Made by a program: the position numbers and the translations under genes. From NCBI GenBank assembly GCA_000320545.1, contig ADNK01000427.1, forward strand, positions 62,001 through 126,000: a DNA stretch of 64,000 nt, read 5' to 3'. Origin of the DNA: Bigelowiella natans CCMP2755 (Eukaryota > Protista > Cercozoa). The notes beneath the pieces were generated by a model. That model made no database searches. It was not told the origin of the DNA and worked only from the letters and a program-made list of their open reading frames with translations. How positions within the stretch are numbered: the first letter of the stretch is position 1; each line of letters opens with the position of its first letter. Of the stretch, positions 42,034-54,772 are shown one piece after another.

Positions 42034-42997
42034 CTCATAGTAACAGTACTCGAGGGCTTTTGAAAGACTGGCCTCATACCTAGATTTATGCCAGTTTAGT
42101 TGTTTTTCGATGTTTGTCGTATCAACAAATGTTGTGACAGAACGATTGATGTCAATGCCCCCTTTGATAACAACACTGCCTCACACTCACACATATATAG
42201 GCTGCTATTGCTCGACGATCTAAGTATCATATTTGATTGTTTGTTGTTGCGAGATGTTGCAGCACCAGATGCTTCTCGGTACTTCAACTAGTCCATAACC
42301 CAAGAGAAGGACATATAGCGTCAATCCCCATGTGTTTGAAAGACAAATGGCAAACCCTAGCAGTGCTGTATATTCAAGGAGCGAAAATGAGCTCATAGAA
42401 TGATGATCAAAATACTATGAATATATCATGGATTGTGTGAATGCTAGTGCGTGTGTTGTGGTGTGGTGTGTTAGCAAGGGAGGAATAGATGTGCCGTGCA
42501 AGGAGCCATAGAAGCGTACACCTTTAAATAGTAAATCTCTACTATTCCAATTTTTACCCACCCCCTCAGGTTTTCTACTGACTGACCTGATCCTGTCATG
42601 TGACTGGAGACAGCAACGTAGATCAGGAATGCAACCTGAATCCAGATGTATTACAGCATTTGCTCAGTGAGCTTCGAGATACTTTAGATTAATATAATAT
42701 GCATGTGTGTGGGGGGTACCAAGAGCACGGCCGAGATTACATAAAAGCGAATATTGCCCACAATAGCTGTCCTATTAAGCAGTTATAGAGAGTGTTTCAG
42801 AACGAATTATCCGAACAAGAACTAACTGTTTGTTTGTTCAAACCTTAGTTTATTGATAGGGGTGAAGTCCCCCGCCTCAAGTAGTACCATGCAATGGGAA
42901 TGATGGTCCAGGCAAGGATGAATGAGGTCCAGTACATGAACGACCACACTTGGAATAAAAAGTTTCCTAACACCACCGAAGCATACACATGTATAAA

Positions 42998-43040
<43 letters not shown>

Positions 43041-43278
43041 TTCAATCGTCCACAAGCATATCACAATGATTTCTACCTCCTTTAGCTGTCTCAGAGAGGT
43101 CGATTGGCAAGAGGTAGATGATTGAGAAGCTGCACCACCAGCACCAGACGCAAGCAACACGTACAATAAATGGACAATCTCTTGTCGGATAAATGTACGC
43201 CATGTACACAGCCGTCGCCAGTGTAATTAAGCATGCAAGTAGGCCCCAGGCGATAAGCTCAGAACCGTCTGACGCCAT
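39140..43278 (-). CDS. LMBRD2: LMBR1-domain membrane protein (LMBRD2-like), many exons, with one apparent 1-nt frameshift near 42880
   Basis: [55 protein letters not shown] and [19 protein letters not shown] motifs. Confidence 0.85.
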
Positions 43279-43440
43279 TGTTCTTCCCCCTATCTATCTT
43301 CTTCTTCCTCTTCTGCCTTTTCTTCCTTCCTTGCTAGGGTATGGGTTCTATCTGGGTTGGTTGAGATATGATGATTACCGAGGCGCAGAAAGTTGTTGTC
43401 TCAATTGTTGTAGAAAATAGCTTCATGATCTACGATGTGT

Positions 43441-45130
43441 TCTCGATGAATGATCACTGTGCATTGTTGTCCTCTTTGTGCTTCGAGAAGAGGAGATTTT
43501 CTTGCACATTGTCCATTGTTCATTGTTCGTTGTTCATTGCACAGTGGCGTTTCGTGCACTGCAAGTGTCTTGCAACACTTTGGAAACATCATTTTTCATT
43601 TAAAAAACTCGAGTGCCCTCTCGAGTTGTGTTGGCGCTACAGCTGTGCGGTGATGGGCGGGGGGGGGGTTCGGTCACGAGGGTGGCTTTTCCTCCCATCC
43701 CTGAACCACACATTGCTACCATTTGCATTGTTCCATGACAGCTAGATCACACCAATTTGAAAAACCCTGCTTGTTTGCCAGTCAGTCCTCACTGAAGCTA
43801 GCTAGCGCTGGTTCGAGGCACTGCGTTTCGCACACTGCAAGTGTCTTGCAACGTTTTGGAAACGCAGTTCATCATCATCGTTCATTGTTCGTTGTTCATT
43901 CCAGTTCACCGGTGGACAGACAGACGTGCCGCCCCAGCCACCGGTGACTTGGTTGCCAAAAAACGAAGGATGTGTTTGGATTTGCATTGCAGGTTCTCTG
44001 GTTCTTCCCGGATGAAGCCTTTGCTCGACCACGTGTCTGACTCGAATGGATTCATCCGCCTGAGCAATTTTCACTCCCGAACAAACTTTCCGTGTTTCCT
44101 CTTGGTCACAGTGTCAATTTCGATCACAAACTTTGCAAATCCAGAAATGACAACGGCCGATCGCACGAAGTCCAAAGGAAACGCGTGGACTGAGAACTGC
44201 ACTCTGCTTGGTCTGAGCTTTGATAATAGACAAAGTAATATCATATATAATATAAATAGACAAAGTAATATCATATATAATATATATATGGTATTACGTG
44301 TCTATAATTTTGCCAGTTTGGGGAGAGCTCCGGTCAAACCAAAACCAATTTGAATCAAGTTCGAAGCAGTTTTTCACGTCGCCAAGTCGCCAAGTCGCCA
44401 ACGACTCGGCGGCATCCCGGTCGGCGAAAAGCCCTGCTAGCCTGGCAACTGACCCAGTGACACTCACCGATTGCACAACTAGACAAGTCGGAATGAGAAG
44501 CAATGCCTGACGTGAAAAAGTCGATGCATTGCAACAATGTGCGCCACTAGCCATTGCGCCTTGTTGGGGGAAGCTAGGAAGCCACACGAAACGACACCTT
44601 TCAGAATCAAGTTCGAGGCAGCTGTTCTTAACTTGCTAATTGACAATTGGACACGTGCAAGATGCAAGGCACAAAGTGGAATCCATGGAATGTCAGGAGA
44701 ATCATCGTGACACCATGAATCGAAACGGCGATGGACATCTCACGAGATTGCGACATTTGCAACGTCTCCATGTCTCTCATGTGGCTGCTGGATGAACGCT
44801 GCTGCAACGCTTGCGACAAGGAAAACACAGCAGAACATCAACAGATTGGGAGCAGAACCCCCTTGCGTGACAGATGCGATCATTGATGGATTGATGGATG
44901 CAGTCGCAAATCCTGTGTGGATCATCATTTGCACACGCGCATGTGGTGCGCACGAATGAAAGCGAAACACAAATGAACAATTTTGAAATGCACAAAAATG
45001 ACATTTTGCTAGGTGTCATTGTCCCTTGATTGACGCCAACACATCCAATGATCGACAGAGAAAACTTGACAAAATGTGATCGAATTGGCATGTTACGCGA
45101 TCCTTCATTCAGAGACAACGTCTCCGTGGG
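43441..45130. pseudogene. TAY-depleted, mutationally degraded repeat/pseudogene block (includes a decayed hydrophobic-protein-like segment on the minus strand, ~44640-44920)
   Basis: Only 14 TA dinucleotides in ~1600 nt outside a central island. Translations are His/Cys-rich and Tyr-free. Contains an internal 41-bp diverged duplication. Confidence 0.6.
44225..44284. repeat. Perfect 30-bp tandem duplication (AATAGACAAAGTAATATCATATATAATATA x2)
   Basis: Directly visible. TA-rich island within the TAY-depleted block. Confidence 0.9.
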
Positions 45131-45176
45131 TTTGAAGCTACTGTAAATTTTGCAGTTTCACCCGAACACAGAGATT

Positions 45177-47628
45177 TTATGATTGCGACAAAATCAGCCT
45201 TGCTTTTGATTTCTGGAACACAGTAGTAAGCTTCTTCTCATGTACTCCATATAGTCGCGACAGCTGTTGAACGGCTGACGTTGGAATCGACTTATGCTTT
45301 CTAGCATACTCATCGCAAATTCTAACAAGATCCTCCTCTAGAGACCTGCCATCAGGCTTTTCATGAACCCAATGCGGGCTTCTGGCCAGTGTTTGAGGAG
45401 CATTTGTCAAAGTGGAACCGATAAGAAATTGATGTTTGAGCAACTTATCACAGTTCGGCCTGTTACAAGGATCCATATCTACGCACTTCTTGAGGAAATT
45501 GGAGAAATTCAGTGAGATATTGGTCATATTAGCTTCTCTTGCGATAAGTTTCGGAAGAGTTTTGAATTTGCTCATCAAATCTAAGTGATCCTTGGATGTG
45601 ATTGGATGCTTGCCAATGGCGCACGCTAAGATAGTAAGGCCGAAGGCCCATATATCAGATCCGTAGGAATAAGCTTTTCCTTCCAATCTTTCTGGAGACA
45701 TGTAATAAAGAGTTCCAATAAAGGTTTTGCATTCCGACAAATCTTGGGAGTTCTGAGTATCATTTACATTTGCTAAGATTCCAAAATCTGTAATCTTACA
45801 GTTGCCTCTACAGTCAAGTAAAATGTTCGCTGGTTTCAAATCCCTGTGAATCTTATGATTTGTATGAAGATATTTCAATCCTTCGAGAACTTGGCGTGAA
45901 ATATTCGCATTCAAATGTTCCGGGACACTTCGTCCTGTTCTTTCAATAAGATCCTGCAGGGAACCATTATCCATGTACTCCAGTGCGAGAGAAATAGATC
46001 CTTCCTCAAAATATGCCCCATAAAAATCAATAAGAAACCTATTTTTTATTGCTGCCGAAGTTAATGTGTTGAGCTCCTTCGCCAATTGTCGTCGTTTTTC
46101 TTGCTCGAAAATGTTAATCATTTTTAGAGCGACAAACTTGTTCTTTGTAGTATGGTAACATTTGTATACAACAGCACATGAACCTCTTCCAAGGATCCTG
46201 AGAAGTACCAAATCATTGGAATTTATGCTTGTTCTTGTTGATACCCCGCCCGACTTTGCATTTTGTTCTGTTTCCACACGTATTCCATGCTTATTAAGAG
46301 CAAAAACCCCCTGTCTGTACGTTCCACTATCTGTAATCTCGAATGAAGCAGATGGATCGGAATTCTGGTCACTGATATCTGCCAATGCCTTTGCACCCTT
46401 GAGATTTATCTTGGAGAGATCTATCTTAAAACTTGGTCTTGGAATCATACCGTTCTCATAGTTTGGTGCCTCACTTTCCGAGCTACTCTCTTCCCATTCG
46501 TTGCTGTCCCCACTTTCCGGACTCTTATTTTCCGCAAAATTGTTTTCCCCTTCAATGCACAGCATCGGTGGATCTTGATCAAAAATTCTGGTATTATCTC
46601 TCGATTGATGCCTAGACCCCGGCCTTCTTGCGGTTAATTTCCGATGCTTTGACCTGCTTGAAGTTTTCATTCCTATGTGGTGGTGGTGCCTGGGACTTTG
46701 TTGTCGCCTTGATTTATTTTGATTTTGCTTCATCTGCAGCTTCAGTCTTTTGTTTTCGACTTCAAGATCATGGATTTGTTGCTGAAGCTGCGTGATGGTT
46801 TGCACCATCCGTTCATACTTTCCTTTAGCCAGGGTGATTTTTCCAGACCCATCACTCTCAACGTTGTCCAGGTCGAGACGATCAAACTCGATGTTGAGGG
46901 GCGTAACTTTCATAATTTGCCTTGCTCCCCAAGTACCGGAAGATGAATGGGGGATCAGGCTCTCACTATTGGATGCAATTCTTGCGCTCTTCGCCTCAAT
47001 GGAGATCTTCGCTGATTTAACCCTTGAAATTGGGAGTACAAAGTCGTCCTCCTGTAAAAAATCACATGTCTCATCATCTGTGAAATTTAATGGCTTTGAC
47101 TTAGATACCTTCTGATTTGTACTCTGCCTTCGCGTAGTCTTTGGCTGAGGTACTAGACGGGGGCGTCTTTTCGGCTGCCATCTGGTTGTAACTTTCCCTC
47201 GATGTGTTATCTGATCGTCGAACTTGGTACTGGACGTTTTCCTACTTGTCTGTTACGTATACAAGGTGATTAGTATTCAGCACAATATAATCACTTATGA
47301 TATCTCTTATTACCCTTGGTTGGGGCCCAGGATGCACACTTTGGCTTAGCGCTGCTCGATTCCATTGTGAATTTTGTCGAAAACTGGAATAGCTTTTCTT
47401 CAGCCCTAAAAGCACCTTGCATTAGAAATCATGTCATAAATACGGGCAGTGTTTGGTACCAGAATCTCTTCTTGATTCCCTGAAACGGTTCATGTGCCGG
47501 CTAGAGAGTAGCCCTGAAGGTGAACCTGAAACGACTTGAAGAATTTAGTCTTGAAGTTTGATTTGTCATAATACACACAATAACAAACCAAACAAACTAC
47601 CTGAAGGTCTAATTGAATGAATTTCCAT
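45177..47628 (-). CDS. MAP kinase kinase (STE7 family) with long N-terminal extension; 5' exons provisional
   Basis: LGRGSCAVV, VALK, EYMDNGSL, HRDLKPANIL, DFG..SECKTFIGTLYYMSPERL, SDIWAFG. Upstream in-frame exons traced to about 47628. Confidence 0.9.
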
Positions 47629-48583
47629 CGATTGTTTTTCGTGTTTCCGTGATTATATATTCAGAACTGAATTTACAACACCCCGTAAGATGACAACGGT
47701 AATGATGGGGAAAGTTGATTTTGCTGGTACCCGGACATCCGTTTAACCGACTATTCTTGTCCAATATCTTTAATGGATAAAACAGAAAAGCTGTTATTTC
47801 ACAAGAAATTCTAGGAATTATCATCGGGATGGGGATGGACCATACCGATGGACCATACCTCATTGGGGAGTCGCTGTTTCTTGTGTTATCTGGCGACTTG
47901 GATCACAACGTCGGGGGGAGTTTCATCGAGGTTGATCTCGGAGACTCTCTCGGAAGAAGCAGCACACTTTTTCAGGCCGTTACATATTTTTTGGGAATAC
48001 GTTTTGAGACTTTTTGAGATAAATGTAAGCTAATTTATGATGGTGTTCATATTTGGGATGCAGGTTAAGTCTTACTCATTCCATTGAAGGGGAAATCTCT
48101 TCGAGTGTAACAGCTCGCTTCACCTTGCAATACGAGATTCGTAATTCGTTCGAATAATGTGCCAAAAATTATAATTGCTCTTGTTGCGAGCAAAATTAAT
48201 CTGGGCAAAAATAATGCAGAAAATTACCGATTTTGATAATTGAACGGCAGATTCCTCTACAATAATAACAATAATAGCAAAAACAAGGTGTAATGGACGA
48301 CGTTCGTACAATGATCAGTCGAGAAAGCGAACAAGACATGCTCTCCCGCTTCCGTGACTCTTTTGACAATAAGTTCGCTTGCTTAACTTCCGAGGAACTA
48401 AATAGGTAATGTGCCCCCGCCCTCCCTCCTCACTCCGTCTAACAACAAAGAAAAACGTCGATAAGTTCAGCTTTCAAATATTGGGTCAAAAGGAACACCA
48501 TCCTCAAGATGTTCGAGCGAATTTTGCAAGATCGTGTTATCACTCTAAAATTATGTACGTCATTTACGTAGATCCTCGAGGCA

Positions 48584-49485
48584 ATGGGCTCCCTCCTATC
48601 CCAATCGAAGAGCGCTGACTACGCCAAAATAGTCATCGATTTTGACAGTAAGTGCTTTGTTCAGAAGAATTCTTCTTTATCGTCTAGACAGCACACACAA
48701 CAAGCGATTGTGAGAATAATTCTTCATGCAGATGTCAAGCCCTCCTCTAAGGAACTTGAGATATATAATCAAGTGCAAAAGATTCTTAATCAATGTCCAA
48801 CTGTTCTTACGCTGTTAATTGAATACAAAAATTGCACCAAGCTCTGCTCTACGGTCAGTGTGAAGTTTGAAAGTTTGATGCTAGATGACAAATACGTCAT
48901 TAGGCCATGTCATCTCCATCGAAAGAAAGCGAGGAAAAGGCCTTTAATGCACTACTGAAGTCCGTGAAAACTGTTTCAGTGTTCTACAGTTTTTCTCAAG
49001 ATCTCAGTTGAGTGGATATACTTCGTACATGCATCATACTACTGAGCAGCAGTAGGACAAACTTGCTAATTTGATTTACTTTAGAAAAATGTGTCCCGGT
49101 TCTACTGAACGAATTGTCGAAGCCTGCAGAAGAAACAAAGCAGTCTCTTCAAGATTCTCAGGCCCTCGTGAAGCAGTTCGCAAACATTCTTAATTTTGTC
49201 TTGACCTTTGACCAAATAAGAATGATGCGGCCTCATCTGTCCAACGATTTTTCGTACTATCGAAGATATTTATCCAAATTTTCTACGCGCGACGACATTG
49301 TCGTCAAAGCTGACGAGGCTAGTGCAATGGCTCTTTTCACTGCAAGGCATTGTCCGATGATGGTCAGCTTGTCGAGTGCAACTGCTGCTTGTTTGGAGCA
49401 GAACCATAATGTCACAAATGCTATGAGTGCAATGGCCAACGCGTGTTTAGCGATGCTAAAGAATAAACGGTATGCACATTATATA

Positions 49486-49519
<34 letters not shown>

Positions 49520-49881
49520 CGGCATGTATTCCTATCGGTAGATTCTTTACGATCAATTCAACTTTTGACTTCCTCATCTAGGTTTGATTCTGTAGAGACA
49601 AATAAATATGTGGCCAAGGCGATGACGGGAGCGGTGATACTCTTCGACCATGTTGATCCAAATGGAGTATTTTACAAGAGCCCTGTCGATGTACCGCACA
49701 TTTTTCAATTCTGATAAGCTACAACTACTAATTTTAATATATTTAACAGATCAAGGGCGTGATTAAATTCCTTAAAAAAGCTGAATTCGATACAGAATCA
49801 TTACTAGCAACAATAAGATTCTCTAGCAAGCACTTCAAAGATGACAATACACCATCCTCGATTGTAGACATGTTCCAATGA
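48584..49881 (+). CDS. CYRI: CYRI/FAM49 (DUF1394) Rac1-interacting protein
   Basis: MGSLLS (myristoylation), IVIDFD, QALVKQFANILNFVLTFDQIRM..LSNDFSYYRR, AMTGAVILFDHVDPNGVF, IRFSSKHFKDDNTP. Confidence 0.9.
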
Positions 49882-50548
49882 ACGATGATTTTAATTAAAG
49901 AAAGGGCATTTGCATAGCATTGGTGAGAATTCAAAGCCAATATCCCAGCATGAATAGATAAGATGTTGAAAAATATGTAATATATGGTACGTTGAACAGC
50001 AACGCGCAATAATATGGTGACATGTAAACGCATTATGCATAAACATACAAATAGAGTTTGCGCGACTCGCTGCTTGCGACACCGACATGATGCATGTTCT
50101 AGTGTTAGCTAGCTAGCTAGCTAGCTAGTACTAGTTAGCTGCCGGTGTGTAAGCTCTCCAAAGTACACTCGCAACAGCACGCAAGCTAGCAAGGCTAGAA
50201 GGTGACCATCGACGACTCGGCCAGCGAGCCTATGTAGCTAGATAGCACGCCGCCGTTGTGCATAAATTGCTAGATGATGCTTTGCCGTAATTACCATGTG
50301 TATTCGCAGCATGAATTTGTAGCTGGTGTAAATAAATTTAATTTATTCATTACATCCGTTATATCATAAGGCTGCCCAGAAACGTATATACTAGTATACA
50401 TCGGCCACACACATCAGGTCGGTCGCACTGTTATCACTAGATCAGTTATTATGCCATTTGCATATCACCATGTGTCATGCCATAACCTCCAGTATTTATA
50501 CATTGCACCATCCAGTCACTGACACTCTGAGTGCTGCCAATGATGTCA

Positions 50549-51140
50549 TTAGGTAAATGATATTTCTTGATTTTCCTTCTTGCCGCGTTCGCCAGGGTTT
50601 CTAGGTGTCCATTTCTTGTAAGGTTTTTCTCCAGACTTCACAACAAAATCTTTGGAGCGACCCCCACCACAGGATAATATGTTTCTCAGTGATCTAGAAA
50701 TTAGTGCTTCTCCTTTACTTTTTGCAATGCCTCCCCCCCTCCCCTTCTCCTCCTTCGGCCACTTGGCTTCTACTCCTTTACTTTTAGGCGAGATGGCCGT
50801 CAACTTGGTTTGCGAAGCTTGGTTATATATTTGGAGAGATAACCTTCATCATCCATTACAAATTCAGACTCGATTATTGTTAACAACTACAATGCAGTAG
50901 AAAACTTACTTGTCGATGAACTGCCGCAAGTGAGGGTAGAGTTTCTGTTTGTCAACATTCGGTATTTTAATCTTGAAAATACCAAATATATTTATGGGAG
51001 AGATCTTACCTTGGAAAACTGTGTTTCAATGTTGCTATGCTTAGCCCCTTTTAGAAACCTACATTAAAGGAGCATAATACACAAATACAAACAATACATC
51101 AAAGGAATGTACATAGATACAAACAATATTTGTAGGAACA

Positions 51141-51216
<76 letters not shown>

Positions 51217-51750
51217 AAACAACTACAATGGTGCAGCCGCCCAAGTCTTGAGAGTTCTTTGAATTTCTTCCCCATGATAGTAAGGAACAATCTCATCGTT
51301 CGTGCCTTAGTTCATCATCACATTTAGTGTATTTTGAAAAAGCTATTCTGACTTTCTAAAAATGATGAGAAGATACTGTGCTGCATCCTCCTCCTCAACC
51401 ATGTATGCTTCGCAATGCTTATCAAGGGGTTAACGAATATAACACTAGATATTATTACCGTGAATTACAAGCGTGGGGCACTGAATCTGCGGGATGTGTT
51501 GGAAAAAGACACATCTCTCTTTAGAAATGATTGACAAACAGGATCAAATTTGTTAGTCGGGGGAGTTGAATTACATCATTGATTTTGCTTATAGACACGT
51601 ATAAGTCTCCGGGTATAGTTGCCCTGAAAAGATACGGATATACGTGCCACACACGCATACGCACAGACACACACACACATACACATACACATACACATAC
51701 ACATACATATAATATCCGTATGTAGTTGAAATTAATCAGGCTATTAGTAC

Positions 51751-51785
<35 letters not shown>

Positions 51786-54018
51786 TGTGTTTGTGTACAA
51801 CTTGATCTTTGAAGATAAAATCCGGTATATTGAGAGAAAGGGGGTCTGCAGCACCATTCCCCTTGGCTGCGTAGGAGACATGACGAATGGAGTGAATATT
51901 TATATTGCCAATGATTTAGCAATTTTAAGCAGATGGCACGCTTAATCCAAAAATACAAATTCTAAGGTACATTTGGTAAATTATTTTAAATCATCTGGGG
52001 TTGCTAGTAGCTTTTGAAATCTAAACATTATCACAATTCAACGCATTATTTTAGAATTGATTCAGCTGCTACTCCTCACCCTTCCAAGCTTTCTTAATCC
52101 GGCCTCCTCAGCTGATGCCTTCTTTTTCAGTAAATTAGCCTTTAGTAGTAACCCCGACAAATGCGCGGCAGCAATCTTACATTAGTGTTTATTCATAAAA
52201 GCTACTAACGTGAATATATGAACCACCTTCTTTTTATAATCATCCTCACTAGTGGCGTCTTCCATTTTCCTCAATAAAGCAGCCTGTGCGTATTATTTAC
52301 CTTCCATTAGCGATCATGGAACAAGACGGCTTGTCGCAATAGAGAAAACGCATTTTAATCGAATCAACTGTGATATAATATCTTCTACCAGGTGTATTGC
52401 CGGAGCAGTCCCTGTCCGTAGAAGAATAGTTACCACATTCCATCGTATGTATTAATGAGAAAAACAATAAGAATAGATCAAAGGAAACAGACATATATCC
52501 ATCAGCGCCTTCTTCTTCTTTACAACAATAGATGGGGCATGCAATGCACGTTACTTACTACCCAGAGATCTTCCGTATATTACAATATCCATGGGATTGA
52601 TATTTAGTTCCGAGACCAGGTATTTGTAGCTGCAAACCCACAAACAAACAATGTAGATCACTACATTTAATAATCTCAATTACCAGGCTGACATCTATCA
52701 CAAGGCGAGTCCTTTGGTTCTTTATGCTAATACTCCCTTACAACCACACTCTATGAGGTAGATTATTGTTTTCAGGGCGTGCTATGTATAATTATTCCAT
52801 GCGCGGTGACCACGCCTTATACTTGCTGCATGTATGTGTATATGCAGCGTATTGGTATATTGGATTTCATGAGCTCATGCAAACTAAGATCCGAAAACTG
52901 TTCGAAATACTCGCTACTACTCATGCCGTACGATGTGATTGCAACTTGATTAAGCCCTGATTCTGATGGGGAGCCTGAGAGCAGCAACGAGTAGCATGAG
53001 AACGTTTCCGTTTGTATTTCCGTTTGTATTTCCGTTTGTATTTCCGTTCGTATTCAAGACCAATAGTTGATTGAAAGGGAAGAGTGCGACGATGCGAATT
53101 TATTTAGCTGATTGCAGGCATTACGAATAATAGTATTAGCCGAATAACAACCTTTGGACTGTCCGTACCCAGGGTATTCAGGAAGGAACCCATTTACCTA
53201 TTAAAAACATCTTGTATGATGGCGATTATGATATATGCCATTAGTGCTTGTGTGAGTCATGACGATAACTCTCATAAGCATTATGATTTAAATATCATCA
53301 GTGCTGCTTAGCGAATAGTTAACCTTCAACTGCTTACAGAAGGTTGTATTGAAGTACTCCGAAACCTTTCAAGTAGAATTTTTCCAAATCAATTACCATG
53401 TCAAAAAATAAAAGAGTAAATATTGGAGATGGTGTCATTATGCCCCAAGGATCATCGTAAAATAATACAATCAGCTGCAACCAGCAATCATCTGCAACCA
53501 GTAGTTGCAGCTTACCATGCCAATGTCCTCTGCATTCCCGTGCAAGAACAAGACCGTCACCTGGAGCCATTTTAAGATTATCTCGTGTTACTAATCTAAA
53601 AATCTTATTGCTCGTCGCCTTTGCATCATCATCATCACCTTATATCCAAGGTCTATGTGTAATGCAAGATTTTTCACTCGAGAAGCACCCCCTCTATAGT
53701 TCTTTGAAAGCCAATCGTAATCTTCGGGGTGATCCATAGATAGATAATGCCCTGAAGTATGTTATATTAGTACTATTTGGGCAGGGGGTGCGATTTCTTG
53801 TATGATTCACTCATGAGCATCAGGCTTCACCGCCATGGCGCTCGAGACTTGTTACCTCTATCATCGTTAATCTCGTAAGAGGGAGGTTCTGGTGGGTGAT
53901 AAAGCTGCGACGAAAACCTTAGGAAGTTGTTTACGATCTGCCTCACATACACAAACAATACATCTGAACGCTTGGAACTTACAGCACTCCCATTTGACCG
54001 GTCGTCGCCTTCTAGTTC
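50549..54018 (-). CDS. ABHD17-like alpha/beta hydrolase (depalmitoylase family); 5' end not traced
   Basis: HPPEPPSY, EYPGYGQSK-GSPSE, YKYL..IVIYGRSLG (nucleophile), GMVLQTPFLS, IQCPTLVIHG, GAKHSNIE. Confidence 0.8.
53005..53052. repeat. Intronic 12-bp minisatellite (TTTCCGTTTGTA) x4
   Basis: Directly visible. No spacers. Confidence 0.85.
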
Positions 54019-54772
54019 CTGAAGTCAACATGTAGTAAGTAGTATTCTCATTTGGACGAAATCAACATCAAAACATTCAACGCCTATCTTTCTTATCATG
54101 GTTCTCGCTAATGGAGTCGTCGGGGTGAATACCTATTCGTATAGCAGGAGCAGCAGCTCTTGAGCGCAAAGGCTGCCACCACTGCTTTCGTTGCTTTCGG
54201 AAGGACAACGGGGTAGTAGTCTCAATTTTGAATTCAAAAGCTCATTTTTGTCATCCTAATGACTGGTGAATCTATGCTACGACAAATATTTCGGGAAGAA
54301 ATCCTGCGAATTACCCTGTATTTTGCTTAATAGAAAACAGAAAAAGGAAACATCGGTACTCTCACTATTTGAATGGTCTTACTTTGAATGGTCGCTTACA
54401 ACAACCGGGAACAAGTAAACAACTCTTGTCAACACTTCCACCAGGAAACTACTAAGATTTCTTATCTAACCTGCAAAAAAGTTAAAAAAAAAAAAACATG
54501 TTCCATATTACCTAAGATACCAGCTAGACTTCACCTTTAACTGATACTGTTGTACCTTTAACTTATATTGTTGTACCTGTTGTTGAAAAGGATCGATCTG
54601 GTCATAGAATATTGGTTAAATGCTGGTATTTAGGATACAGAAAAAGAGCAACAGTATTGGTTGGTGCAGGTGTATTGAGAATATTTTCGAAGTCGCCATT
54701 ACAACAGTGCATCCTCCACCACCACCACTGGGCCTGCCTGTAGCAAAGAGCAGCCACACAAGAGGAGAGGGG

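Noticed and set aside
53005-53052. Short regular repeat array as CRISPR or coding NTNG repeat
   Set aside because: No spacers, eukaryotic context, and it lies inside an intron between EYPGYGQSK and GSPSE exons.
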